From: Myxococcota bacterium | Lineage (GTDB): Bacteria > Myxococcota_A > UBA9160 > PR03 | Direction of reading: 5' to 3' | NCBI GenBank assembly: GCA_041611735.1 | Contig: JBFIML010000003.1 | Span: 82,765 to 146,764, forward strand | DNA: 64,000 bases | Shown here: piece by piece, positions 55,522 to 63,887 of the stretch | Layout: each line of letters begins with the position of its first letter | Numbering within the stretch: the first letter of the stretch is position 1 | Made by a program: the position numbers and the translations under genes | The notes under the pieces: model-generated | The model's database searches: none | The model's input: only the letters and a program-made list of their open reading frames with translations | Told to the model about the DNA's origin: nothing

Positions 55522-57081
55522 ATGCTGCTCCACGACTTTCTCGATTTCCTGGGTCGCGAGCACCCCGATCGCCTGTGCATCGAGTGCCACGACCGCCGCC
55601 TCCGCTACGGGGAAGCCCTCGGCCACGCGAACCGCCTGGCCCGGGCGCTGACCTCCAAGGGCCTCGGCCCCGGCGACCGCTTCGCGGTGCTCGCCAAGAA
55701 TTGCCTCGAGTACCCCCTCTTCTACTTTGCGGGCTCCAAGTCCGGCGCGGTGCCGGTGCCGCTCAACTACCGTCTGGCTCCCCCGGAGCTGGCCTACATC
55801 GTGGGCGACGCCCACGCCAAGCTGGTGATCGCGCGCGGCGAGCTGGTCGAGAGCCTCGAGGGCGTGCGCGGCGACCTCGCTGGCGTGGAGACCTGGGTCT
55901 CCCTGGACGGTCCGCGGCCCCCCGGCTGGATCGACTACGCCGAGTGGCTTCAGGGGCAGCCCCACGGGCCGCCCGACCACCGCGGTGACGACCGCGACGA
56001 CCTCTACCAGATGTACACCAGCGGGACGACGGGGCGCCCCAAGGGTGCGGTGCTCACCCACGCGGCCGTGGCCGCCAACCTGATCCAGCAGATGGCGGCG
56101 GTGTCGTCCTCGCCCGACGACCACACCCTGGTGGTCGCCCCCATCTACCACGCGGCGGCGGCCCTCACGGCGATCGGTTCGATCGTGTCCGGCGGGTCGA
56201 TGCTCGTCCACGAGGACTTCTCGCCCGCGGGCGTCGTGCACGCGCTCTCCGAAGCAGGCGTCACGCGCACGACGCTGGTACCCGCCATGATCCAGGCCTG
56301 CCTGGCGCTGGTCCCGGACGTGGCCGAGCGCAACTACGAGAAGCTCCGCCTCATCGTCTACGGCGCTTCGCCCATCGCCGCCGAAGTCCTGCGCCGGGCT
56401 CTCCAGGTGTTCCGCTGTGATTTCACCCAGGGCTACGGCATGACCGAGACCACGGCGACGCTGACCTTCCTCTCCCCGGCGGACCACCGGCGTGCGCTCG
56501 CCGGCAAGCCGGAGCTCCTGCTCTCGGCGGGCCGCCCGATCGCGGGCACCGAGATCCGCATCGTCGATGGTGACGACCGACCCGTGGCCCCGGGCAGCGT
56601 CGGCGAGATCACGGCGCGTGGAGACCAGCTCATGCGCGGCTACTGGAACCTGCCCGAGGCGTCGGCGGACGCGCTCCGGGGAGGATGGATGCACACTGGG
56701 GATGCGGGCATGCTCGATGAGGAGGGCTACCTCTTCATCCAGGACCGGGTGAAGGACATGATCGTCTCGGGCGGCGAGAACGTCTACCCGCGCGAAGTGG
56801 AGAACGTCCTCTTCGAGCACCCCGCGGTGGCCGACGTGGCGGTGATCGGGGTCCCCGACAGCAGGTGGGGCGAGAGCGTGAAGGCGATCGTCGTGCCCCG
56901 CCAGGGCATGGACGCCAGCGCAGAGGACCTCCTCGCGTTCTGCAAGGGCCGCCTGGGCGGATTCAAGCAGCCCCGCTCGGTGGACTTCGTCTCCGCGCTG
57001 CCGCGCAACGCAAGCGGCAAGGTGTTGAAGAAGGATCTGCGCGAAAGGTACTGGCAGGGACGCGATCGACGCGTCTCGTGA
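55522..57081 (+). CDS. Long-chain acyl-CoA ligase (AMP-binding)
   Basis: YTSGTTGRPKG, YGMTE, HTGD, DRVKDMIVSGGENVYP, PRNASGKVLK. Confidence 0.93.
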   Translation: MLLHDFLDFLGREHPDRLCIECHDRRLRYGEALGHANRLARALTSKGLGPGDRFAVLAKNCLEYPLFYFAGSKSGAVPVPLNYRLAPPELAYIVGDAHAKLVIARGELVESLEGVRGDLAGVETWVSLDGPRPPGWIDYAEWLQGQPHGPPDHRGDDRDDLYQMYTSGTTGRPKGAVLTHAAVAANLIQQMAAVSSSPDDHTLVVAPIYHAAAALTAIGSIVSGGSMLVHEDFSPAGVVHALSEAGVTRTTLVPAMIQACLALVPDVAERNYEKLRLIVYGASPIAAEVLRRALQVFRCDFTQGYGMTETTATLTFLSPADHRRALAGKPELLLSAGRPIAGTEIRIVDGDDRPVAPGSVGEITARGDQLMRGYWNLPEASADALRGGWMHTGDAGMLDEEGYLFIQDRVKDMIVSGGENVYPREVENVLFEHPAVADVAVIGVPDSRWGESVKAIVVPRQGMDASAEDLLAFCKGRLGGFKQPRSVDFVSALPRNASGKVLKKDLRERYWQGRDRRVS

Positions 57082-57107
57082 GCCCAGCCGCGATCAGCCC
57101 GGCTGCA

Positions 57108-57141
57108 GCGGCTCCGGCGGCCGGGGCGCCGCCGGAGCCGC
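57108..57141. terminator. 14-bp GC stem-loop between convergent genes (possible bidirectional terminator)
   Basis: GCGGCTCCGGCGGC / 6-nt loop / GCCGCCGGAGCCGC; no U-tract. Confidence 0.5.
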
Positions 57142-57154
57142 CGCGCGCCCTGGG

Positions 57155-57943
57155 TCAGGGCCCCGTCTCGAACTCCACCTCGGAGATCGTCTGGTTTCCA
57201 CTGACCTCCCGGGCGATCACCTCGACCTTGTACTCGGTCGCGGGATCCAGGAACTCCGGAGGCACGGATACGGCCGTGGCCGTGGCCGAAACGTCGACGC
57301 GGAACACCCGCAGCGGGTCGTCCCGCTCCACGACGACCTGGTAGCCCACGATCTCGATCCCCGCCGGCGTCTGGACGGGTTCCCAGCGGACCGTGAAGCC
57401 GTTGGCACTGACCTCGTCCCCGTCCTCGGGAGCGGTGATTTCGGGTGCATCCGGGATGTCGTGGGTCAGCTCCGCGATCCCGAACAGCCTGCCTCCGTCG
57501 AGTGTGTCCCCGAGGAACGAGTAGAAGCCGGCCTGGAAGCGCTCCAGGAAATCCTCGAGGGGCTGCTCCTCGAAGGACGGCTCCGAGCTCTCGAGGAACA
57601 GCTCGGTGATGCCCTGCTGGGCGACGCTACGCTTGCCGCGGAAGTCGGCCACCTTGCGCCCGTCCGGGTCGAAGACGCGGACCCGCTCCCATCCTTCGCC
57701 GTCGAGAAGGATCTGGAGTCCTGCATCGCCGTCCGTGTCGTTGATCTCGATGAAGACCTGGACCTCGGCGAACGGCTCGGACTGCTTGTGGCGGGTGCCC
57801 TGGCTGCCGTCGTCGTTCTTCTTCTTGGCCAGCGCCGGCGTGGCGAGCAGGCCGAGCCCGAGCATCCACACCAGGGCCCAGAGCGCAGCCCGGGCCCCCG
57901 GGCGGGTCCGCGGGACAGCCGGAGTCGTCGAGAGGGTACGCAT
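57155..57943 (-). CDS. Secreted acidic protein with C-terminal fibronectin type III-like domain
   Basis: Signal peptide ending PALA; FIEINDTDGDAG; VRWEPV...GYQVVV...LDPATEYKVEVIA. Confidence 0.72.
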   Translation of the reverse strand: MRTLSTTPAVPRTRPGARAALWALVWMLGLGLLATPALAKKKNDDGSQGTRHKQSEPFAEVQVFIEINDTDGDAGLQILLDGEGWERVRVFDPDGRKVADFRGKRSVAQQGITELFLESSEPSFEEQPLEDFLERFQAGFYSFLGDTLDGGRLFGIAELTHDIPDAPEITAPEDGDEVSANGFTVRWEPVQTPAGIEIVGYQVVVERDDPLRVFRVDVSATATAVSVPPEFLDPATEYKVEVIAREVSGNQTISEVEFETGP

Positions 57944-58036
57944 GGGCGTGGTCTCCGTGGTTCGTTGCGGTTTCCAGCGCGGCGCCTTCGCCCGGTGCGC
58001 AGGCGCCGTCTTCGCCGATTCCACCAGCTCGACAGC

Positions 58037-58104
58037 GCGGAGACCATCCGCCGAGTGTGATAGGCGCTGCTCCGGGGAGCGGAGACCATCCGCCAGGTGT
58101 GATA
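58037..58104. repeat. Two 26-bp direct repeats, 42-bp period, each with a GCGGA-N5-TCCGC hairpin
   Basis: GCGGAGACCATCCGCCGAGTGTGATA (58037-58062) and GCGGAGACCATCCGCCAGGTGTGATA (58079-58104). Confidence 0.85.
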
Positions 58105-58174
58105 CACGGCCCCGCCTTGCCGCTCGGCGCCCGAGGAATCCCCCTGGGGCGAAAGCGGCTGCAACGAAACGGGA

Positions 58175-58852
58175 TCAGGCCGTGCGCTTGCGAGCCTCGA
58201 AGAGCCAGAAGCATCCGTCGAGCAGCATGCGCTCGGCGACGGGCGCTCCGAAGGGAGAGGCGCCGAAGACGGTGCGCGCCTCCTCGGGCGAGAGCGCCTT
58301 GGTGAAGATGCGCGGGTAGATCAGTCGGAAGAACCAGTGACGGAGCCTCTGGCGGTGGGTGGCCACGGCCTCCGGCGGGGCGAGGCGGTTCATCTCCCCG
58401 ATGAAGGCGCGGCCGCCCGGGGCCAGCACGCGATGCAGCTCGCGGAGACCCGCCACCGGGTCGGGCCAGTGCTTGATGGATCCGCTGCTCAAGGCGGCAT
58501 CGAAGCGGCCGTCGGGAAAGGGCAGCCGCGCCACGTCGGCCAGCTCGAAGTGGAGCCGCTCCGCCGCAGGCGATTGCGCCGCGTGCTCCTGCGCCAGCTC
58601 GATCATGGTGGGCGCGAGATCGATGCCCCAGACCTCCGCGTCAGGCAGGCGCTCGGCAATGAGAATGGTGAACTGGCCGGGGCCGCATCCCGCGTCGAGC
58701 AGGCGCCGCACCCCCGCCAGCTCCCCCAGGACATCCTCCACCAGCGCGGGAAGGATCTCCCGAAAGGCCGCCTGGACGCCGCGGTCGTAGCCCCGGGCGA
58801 TCCAGCCGTCCATGGGACCCTTGCCGGTCCGCAACAGGCGAAGCACGCTCAT
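58175..58852 (-). CDS. Class I SAM-dependent methyltransferase (UbiE-like)
   Basis: LDAGCGPG, GIDLAPTM, ADVARLPFPDGRFD, ELHRVLAPGG; ATGA overlap. Confidence 0.88.
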   Translation of the reverse strand: MSVLRLLRTGKGPMDGWIARGYDRGVQAAFREILPALVEDVLGELAGVRRLLDAGCGPGQFTILIAERLPDAEVWGIDLAPTMIELAQEHAAQSPAAERLHFELADVARLPFPDGRFDAALSSGSIKHWPDPVAGLRELHRVLAPGGRAFIGEMNRLAPPEAVATHRQRLRHWFFRLIYPRIFTKALSPEEARTVFGASPFGAPVAERMLLDGCFWLFEARKRTA

Positions 58853-59883
58853 TGTCCCTCCCCTTCCGGTCGTGCCCCACGCAGGCTCTGGACCGCAGTG
58901 GCCCAACGCGCCGGGTCCGCCGCGTAGGGCGCCACCAGGCTCACACGGTCGGCGAAGTCGCCGCAGCGCTCCCGCACCGCCTCCGCCAGCTGGTCGAGCG
59001 GAGCCCGCACCGCCACGAGCTCCAGCAGCTCGTCCGGAACGAGGCTCGCCATGTCGTCCCAGCGGCCTTGCTTGGACAAGCGGTTCAGCTGGGGCTGGAG
59101 CTCGCCGAAGCGGTGGGCCTCGAGCACCACGCGGTAGGCGGGTGTCGAGCCGTAGAAGGCGATCTGCTGACGAACGAAGCGGTCGGCCGTCTCCCGCTCC
59201 GCGTCGTCGGCGCCGCTCACCACCATGAGCTGGACGGCCACCTCGAGGTCCGCTCGGGTGCGGCCGGCCCGGCTGAGACCCCGCTCCAGGGCCGGCAGCG
59301 TCGTCTCGCGCCAGGAGCACCGGGTGTGGAGGGGATGCACGAAGAAGCCATCCGCCACCTCACCGGCCACCTCGGTCATGCGCGGGCCGACCCCGGCCAG
59401 GAAGATGGGCGGGCTTCCGAAGGCGTTCGGACCGGGATCGAAGAACGGCGTCATCAGGGTGTGCTGGTAGAAGTCGCCCCGAAAGTCCAGGCGCTCCCGC
59501 TCGCTCCAGCAGCGCCAGATGGCGCGGATGGCCAGCACCAGCTCGCGCATGCGCGCCGCAGGCCGGGACCACGGCATGCCGAAGCGCTTCTCCACGTGGG
59601 CCCGGATCTGGGAGCCGAGGCCCAGGATGAAGCGCCCCCGCGCCAGCGTCTGCAGGTCCCAGCCCAGGTAGGCCAGCAGCATGGGGTTGCGGGCAAAGGC
59701 CACGGCGATGGCCGTGGAGAGCTCCAGGCGCTCGGTGGCCTGGGCCGCCAGGGCCAGGGGCAGGAACGGGTCGTGGGGGCCCTCGAAGGTGAAGGCGCCG
59801 TCGTAGCCCAGGGCCTCGAGCCGGTGCGCCGTCGGGCCGGCGTCGGCGAGGCTCGCGGGAAGCAGCGCGGCGTCGATCTTCAC
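58849..59883 (-). CDS. LLM-class (probably F420-dependent) oxidoreductase
   Basis: EGPHDPF, AIAVAFARNPM, LGLGSQIRAHVEKRF, HTLMTPFF, QIAFYGSTPAY; GTG abuts element D. Confidence 0.9.
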   Translation of the reverse strand: MKIDAALLPASLADAGPTAHRLEALGYDGAFTFEGPHDPFLPLALAAQATERLELSTAIAVAFARNPMLLAYLGWDLQTLARGRFILGLGSQIRAHVEKRFGMPWSRPAARMRELVLAIRAIWRCWSERERLDFRGDFYQHTLMTPFFDPGPNAFGSPPIFLAGVGPRMTEVAGEVADGFFVHPLHTRCSWRETTLPALERGLSRAGRTRADLEVAVQLMVVSGADDAERETADRFVRQQIAFYGSTPAYRVVLEAHRFGELQPQLNRLSKQGRWDDMASLVPDELLELVAVRAPLDQLAEAVRERCGDFADRVSLVAPYAADPARWATAVQSLRGARPEGEGQ

Positions 59884-59973
59884 GGGGACGCTCTTGACGA
59901 ATTGACTCTTTCCGGAGACGTCATGCAGCGCTCGCACCTCGCGCGAGAAGGTCAATCAGTCAAGAACGTCCCC
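59884..59973. repeat. 90-bp inverted-repeat element D
   Basis: Left arm GGGGACGCTCTTGACGAATTGACTC; right arm AAGGTCAATCAGTCAAGAACGTCCCC; spacer nearly identical to element E. Confidence 0.88.
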
Positions 59974-60357
59974 GGCTTCGATCTCCAGGACGACGCGGTC
60001 GGCCCAGCGGCCGGACATGCGCGCGGCGGTGCGAGCGAGCCGCATCTGCCAGCCGTACTTGCGTTCGAGGAGCGCGAGGCCGGGATCCATGGCGCGCGGG
60101 TCCTCCACGACGCGCGCGCTCGCCTCGATCCAGGGCCCGTGCACCCGCCCCCGCATGTCGCAGGGTGCCAGGCGCACCCGCGGGTTCGCACGCAGGCGCT
60201 TCACCTTGCCTGACTTCCCGTTGGTGTAGACGTACAGCCGCTTCCCATCGCCCGCGATCCAGACGGGCGTCCGCACCTCCCGGCCGCTCCGGCGGAAGGT
60301 CGCCAGGCTGACATAGCGGGGACGTCCTTGACGAATCGACTTCTCGGAAGACGTCAT
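59956..60357 (-). CDS. PPOX-class (probably F420-dependent) split-barrel oxidoreductase; both termini encoded by repeat elements
   Basis: RYVSLATFRRSG...TPVW...SGKVKRLRANPRV...CDMRG...KYG. Confidence 0.88.
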   Translation of the reverse strand: MTSSEKSIRQGRPRYVSLATFRRSGREVRTPVWIAGDGKRLYVYTNGKSGKVKRLRANPRVRLAPCDMRGRVHGPWIEASARVVEDPRAMDPGLALLERKYGWQMRLARTAARMSGRWADRVVLEIEAGDVLD

Positions 60358-60408
60358 GCAGCGCTCACACCTCGCGCGAGAAGAAGTCAATCAGTCGAGA
60401 ACGTCCCC
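60318..60408. repeat. 91-bp inverted-repeat element E
   Basis: Left arm GGGGACGTCCTTGACGAATCGACTTCT; right arm AGAAGTCAATCAGTCGAGAACGTCCCC. Confidence 0.88.
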
Positions 60409-60414
60409 GCCCGC

Positions 60415-60897
60415 TCAGAGCTGCTTGAGGATGGCCTCGGCGCTGCTGGTCTCGAACTTCATGGGCTTCTCGACGGCCAGGTGCTTGACGACGCCGTCCT
60501 GGGCGACGAGCGCGTAGCGCTGCGAACGGGTGCCCATGCCGAACTTCGAGCCGTCCATCTCGAGCCCGACCGCACGGGTGAAGTCCGCGCTCCCGTCCGC
60601 CACGAGCGTCACCGCGTCGCCCACGCGCCGGTCCTTCGCCCAGGCGTCCATCACGAAGGCGTCGTTCACCGAGAGGCACAGGACCGCATCCACGCCCTTC
60701 TTCTTGATCTCTGCGGCCCGCTCCACGAAGCCCGGCAGATGCTTCTCCGAGCACGTGGGCGTGAAAGCTCCCGGCACCGCGAAGAGCACCACCTTCTTGC
60801 CGCCGAAGAGCTCGTCCGTGGTCACGTCCTTCACGCCGTCGCGGGTCACCGCCTTGAGCCGTACCGAGGGGATCTTGTCCCCGACCTGGATCGCCAT
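60415..60897 (-). CDS. Peroxiredoxin (Prx5-type)
   Basis: VPGAFTPTCSEKHLPG, SVNDAFVM, RSQRYA. Confidence 0.93.
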   Translation of the reverse strand: MAIQVGDKIPSVRLKAVTRDGVKDVTTDELFGGKKVVLFAVPGAFTPTCSEKHLPGFVERAAEIKKKGVDAVLCLSVNDAFVMDAWAKDRRVGDAVTLVADGSADFTRAVGLEMDGSKFGMGTRSQRYALVAQDGVVKHLAVEKPMKFETSSAEAILKQL

Positions 60898-60955
60898 GTC
60901 GTTGGCCCTCCTTCTCGGGGACGGATCATAGCTATCTTGGGGACCGAGGAGGACG

Positions 60956-61717
60956 ATGGCCCTGGAAGGCCTCTACGTGGCCGGCTGCTGGGCGATCCTC
61001 GCCTTCGCGGCCGTGACCTTTCCGATGCTCTTCTGGGTGACGGCTCCCTACGGCGGCCGCCACGCCCGGCCCGGCTGGGGACCCACCCTACCCGCCAAGC
61101 TCGGCTGGGTCGTGATGGAGCTCCCGTCCCCCCTGTGTTTCGCCCTGGCTTTCGCGCGGGGAGACCACGCCGGCGAGGCCCTGCCGCTCTTCTTCCTGGG
61201 CCTCTACCAGCTCCACTACCTCCAGCGCACCTTCGTCTTCCCGCTCCTCATGCGGGGCCGCGGCAAGCGCAACCCCTTTGGTCCCGTGGTGATGGCCTTC
61301 GTCTTCAACATCGTGAATGGCACGATCAACGGCTTTGCCGTGGGCGAGATCGCCACCTACGGCTCGGCCTGGCTGGCGGACCCGCGCTTCTGGATCGGGA
61401 CCGCCCTCTTCCTGGCGGGCTACGCCGCCAACCTCCACTCGGATGCGACCCTGCGCGGGCTCCGCAAGCCGGGTGAGAGCGGCTACCGGATCCCCCACGG
61501 CGGGCTGTTCCGCTGGGTCTCGAGCCCGAACTACCTGGGCGAGATCGTCGAGTGGACCGGCTGGGCCATCGCCACCTGGACCTTCGCCGGCCTCGCCTTC
61601 GCGGTCTTCACCTTCGCCAACCTGGCGCCGCGCGCGGTCTCGAATCACCGCTGGTACCAGCAGGAGTTCCCGGACTACCCGAAGGAGCGCTGTGCCCTAG
61701 TCCCCGGAATCTGGTGA
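60956..61717 (+). CDS. 3-oxo-5-alpha-steroid 4-dehydrogenase (steroid 5-alpha-reductase) family membrane protein
   Basis: APYG.H, WVVMELP, HYLQR, NLHSD..LRGLR, YRIPHGGLF, PNYLGEIVEW, NLAPRA..HRWY. Confidence 0.88.
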   Translation: MALEGLYVAGCWAILAFAAVTFPMLFWVTAPYGGRHARPGWGPTLPAKLGWVVMELPSPLCFALAFARGDHAGEALPLFFLGLYQLHYLQRTFVFPLLMRGRGKRNPFGPVVMAFVFNIVNGTINGFAVGEIATYGSAWLADPRFWIGTALFLAGYAANLHSDATLRGLRKPGESGYRIPHGGLFRWVSSPNYLGEIVEWTGWAIATWTFAGLAFAVFTFANLAPRAVSNHRWYQQEFPDYPKERCALVPGIW

Positions 61718-62719
61718 GACCGAGGCCGCCGCCGGCCAGAGGGTGAGGTGGGTGCGACCCCGCACCAGGAAGGAGTCGATCAAGGCAGGTTCCCGTTCGC
61801 GCAGGCTGCGGCCGGGAAGCTCGGGGACCAGCGCCTCCAGGGCCACGCGGGCCTCGAGCCGCGCCAGGGCGGCGCCCAGGCAAGAGTGGATGCCGTGGCC
61901 GAACGCCAGGTGGGCCTTCGTGTCGCGTTCGATGTCGAAGCGATCCGGATCCTCGAAGACGCGCTCGTCGCGATTGGCGGAGCCCAGCAGTGCAGCCACC
62001 AGCGCGCCCCTGGGAAGGCGCGCACCGCCCATCTCCACGTCGCGGGTGACGGTCCGGAAGACCATCTGGATGGGCGGATCGAAGCGCAGGGCTTCCTCCA
62101 CCAGGGCGGGCATCCGCTCCGGGTGACGACAGACCGCGTCCAGCTGGTCCGGGTGGGCGAGGAGCGCATGGACCGCATTGCCGATCAGGTTGGTCGTAGT
62201 CTCGTTCCCGGCGACGAGGAGCAGCACCACGAACTGGATCACGTCGAGTTCGTCCAGTACGCCGTCCTGGCCGGGATCCACCAGCGCGCTGAGGAGATCA
62301 TCCGACGGGTTGCGTCGCCGCTCCCGGACCACCGTGCGTAGATAGGCGTAGAGCTCGCCGAAGCAGCGCAGGTGGCCACTTTCGACCGGATCGTCCTTGG
62401 CCGCTCCCGAGGCAACCGCCACGATGGCGTCGCTCCAGCGTCGGAAGTCCTCGCGTCGCTCGGTCTCGACGCCGAGCATCTCCGCGATGATCTTCAGGGG
62501 AAGCGGACCCATGTTCGCGTTCATGAGCACCGTCCTCATGGCTTCGGAGGAGAAGAGGTCCGGGCTCTTGAGCACGAAGGCCACGTCCTCGTGGCGCGAG
62601 ACGCAGTACACACCCGCCTGCGGGGCCCAATGCACCGGCGCTCGCTCGCGGAGCTCCCGGTACACGGGGTACGGGTCGTGGCGCCAGCGCTTGGAGAAGG
62701 GCTCGTACTCGACGGTCAT
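61697..62719 (-). pseudogene. Cytochrome P450 with an in-frame internal deletion (340 aa)
   Basis: Has AGNETT, EEALR, SANRD and FGHGIHSCLG, but jumps from SSEAMRTVLMNANMG to PLPLKIIAEMLG with no DPPxHxxxR C-helix. Confidence 0.7.
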
Positions 62720-62876
62720 GCAGGCTCCGAGCCCCCCATCGTCCGACCGGCCCGGAACCCTTTGGGGGTCGGCGGAGCCCCGGGATGCCTCGGGGACGAG
62801 AAGGCCCGGCCCGGGGGGTGGCGCGGGAAGGCACCGGCCAGCACCCTCGCCGGGGGACCCGCCGGCGAGGCTGTTC

Positions 62877-63887
62877 GTGGACATCGCCCTCGCGCTGATC
62901 TTCGGGGTGGCTGTGGGCGCGTACCTCCTGGAGCGCCGGCGCCGGAAGATCGGGCCCATGGCGGGCGGTCTCCACGAGTCCATCACGCTGCCGCACACCA
63001 GCGAGTGGGAGCTGTATCACAACAGCTTCTCGCTCTGCTCGAAGAAGCTGCGCGTCTGCCTGGCGGAGCTCGGGCTGGACCATGCGAGCCACCCAATCGA
63101 CCTGATCGAGACCGGCTGCTACGAGAACGTGAGCCGGCGCTTCCTGGCCGTGAATCCCGCCGGGCTCGTCCCGGTGCTGGTGCACCGGGGCCACCCGATC
63201 TACGAGTCCCACGACGAGATCGTCTACGCGGCCCGCCACGCGGGTGAGCACGGTCGCGAGCTCCTGCCCGAGGACCCGGAGATCCGCGCGCTGGTGGAGC
63301 GCTGGGTGGACGTCGCCTCGCTGGTGGGCCGCGACCCGACCCGGGGCACGGACCGGCGCGCCGGCAACTGCATCCCGGGACTCACCGTCCCGCTCTTCGC
63401 CAGCATGGTCCGGTACATCCCGTATCGCCGCTTCCTCCCGGGCCTGCTCTTCCATCCGCAGAAGCGGCGCCCGCTGATGCTCGCCTTGCTCAAGCTCTCC
63501 GGCCTCCATCGCCTCCCCAGGCTCGCGCCCGCCCTGCGGCTCGTCCGCCGCAGCCGTCGGGACATGGCGAAGCACCTGGACGCCCTGGGCGAGCGGCTCG
63601 AGAAGAGTGGAGGCCCGTGGATCGCGGGCCGGGGCTTCACCCTGGCGGACGTGAGCTGGGTCGTGATCCTCGACCGGCTGGTGGAGGCGGACTGGGACTC
63701 CCACTTCTGGGGGGATGGCCGGCGGCCCGCCGTCGCCGCCTACTGGCGGCGGCTCCAGGAGCGTCCGAGCCATGCGGCGGCCATCGTCGCCCAGCGCTGC
63801 CCGACCCTGCTCGACGGCGCCGCGGACCTGAAGGCGGCCAAGCGCCGCGATCCACGTCTCCGCGCGGCCCTCGAAGGGGCCGGCTAG
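62877..63887 (+). CDS. Glutathione S-transferase family protein with N-terminal membrane anchor
   Basis: TM IALALIFGVAVGAYLL; ELYHNSFSLCSKK, NPAGLVPVL, YESHD, FTLADV; start uncertain. Confidence 0.82.
   Translation: MDIALALIFGVAVGAYLLERRRRKIGPMAGGLHESITLPHTSEWELYHNSFSLCSKKLRVCLAELGLDHASHPIDLIETGCYENVSRRFLAVNPAGLVPVLVHRGHPIYESHDEIVYAARHAGEHGRELLPEDPEIRALVERWVDVASLVGRDPTRGTDRRAGNCIPGLTVPLFASMVRYIPYRRFLPGLLFHPQKRRPLMLALLKLSGLHRLPRLAPALRLVRRSRRDMAKHLDALGERLEKSGGPWIAGRGFTLADVSWVVILDRLVEADWDSHFWGDGRRPAVAAYWRRLQERPSHAAAIVAQRCPTLLDGAADLKAAKRRDPRLRAALEGAG

Noticed and set aside
58037-58104. Mini CRISPR array
   Set aside because: Only two repeats with a 16-nt spacer and no cas genes
59884-60408. Elements as CRISPR repeats or integron attC sites
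   Set aside because: Arms are inverted and dispersed rather than a direct-repeat array, and no cas or integrase gene is present. The ends read GTT...AAC, the opposite order to the attC RYYYAAC...GTTRRRY pattern.
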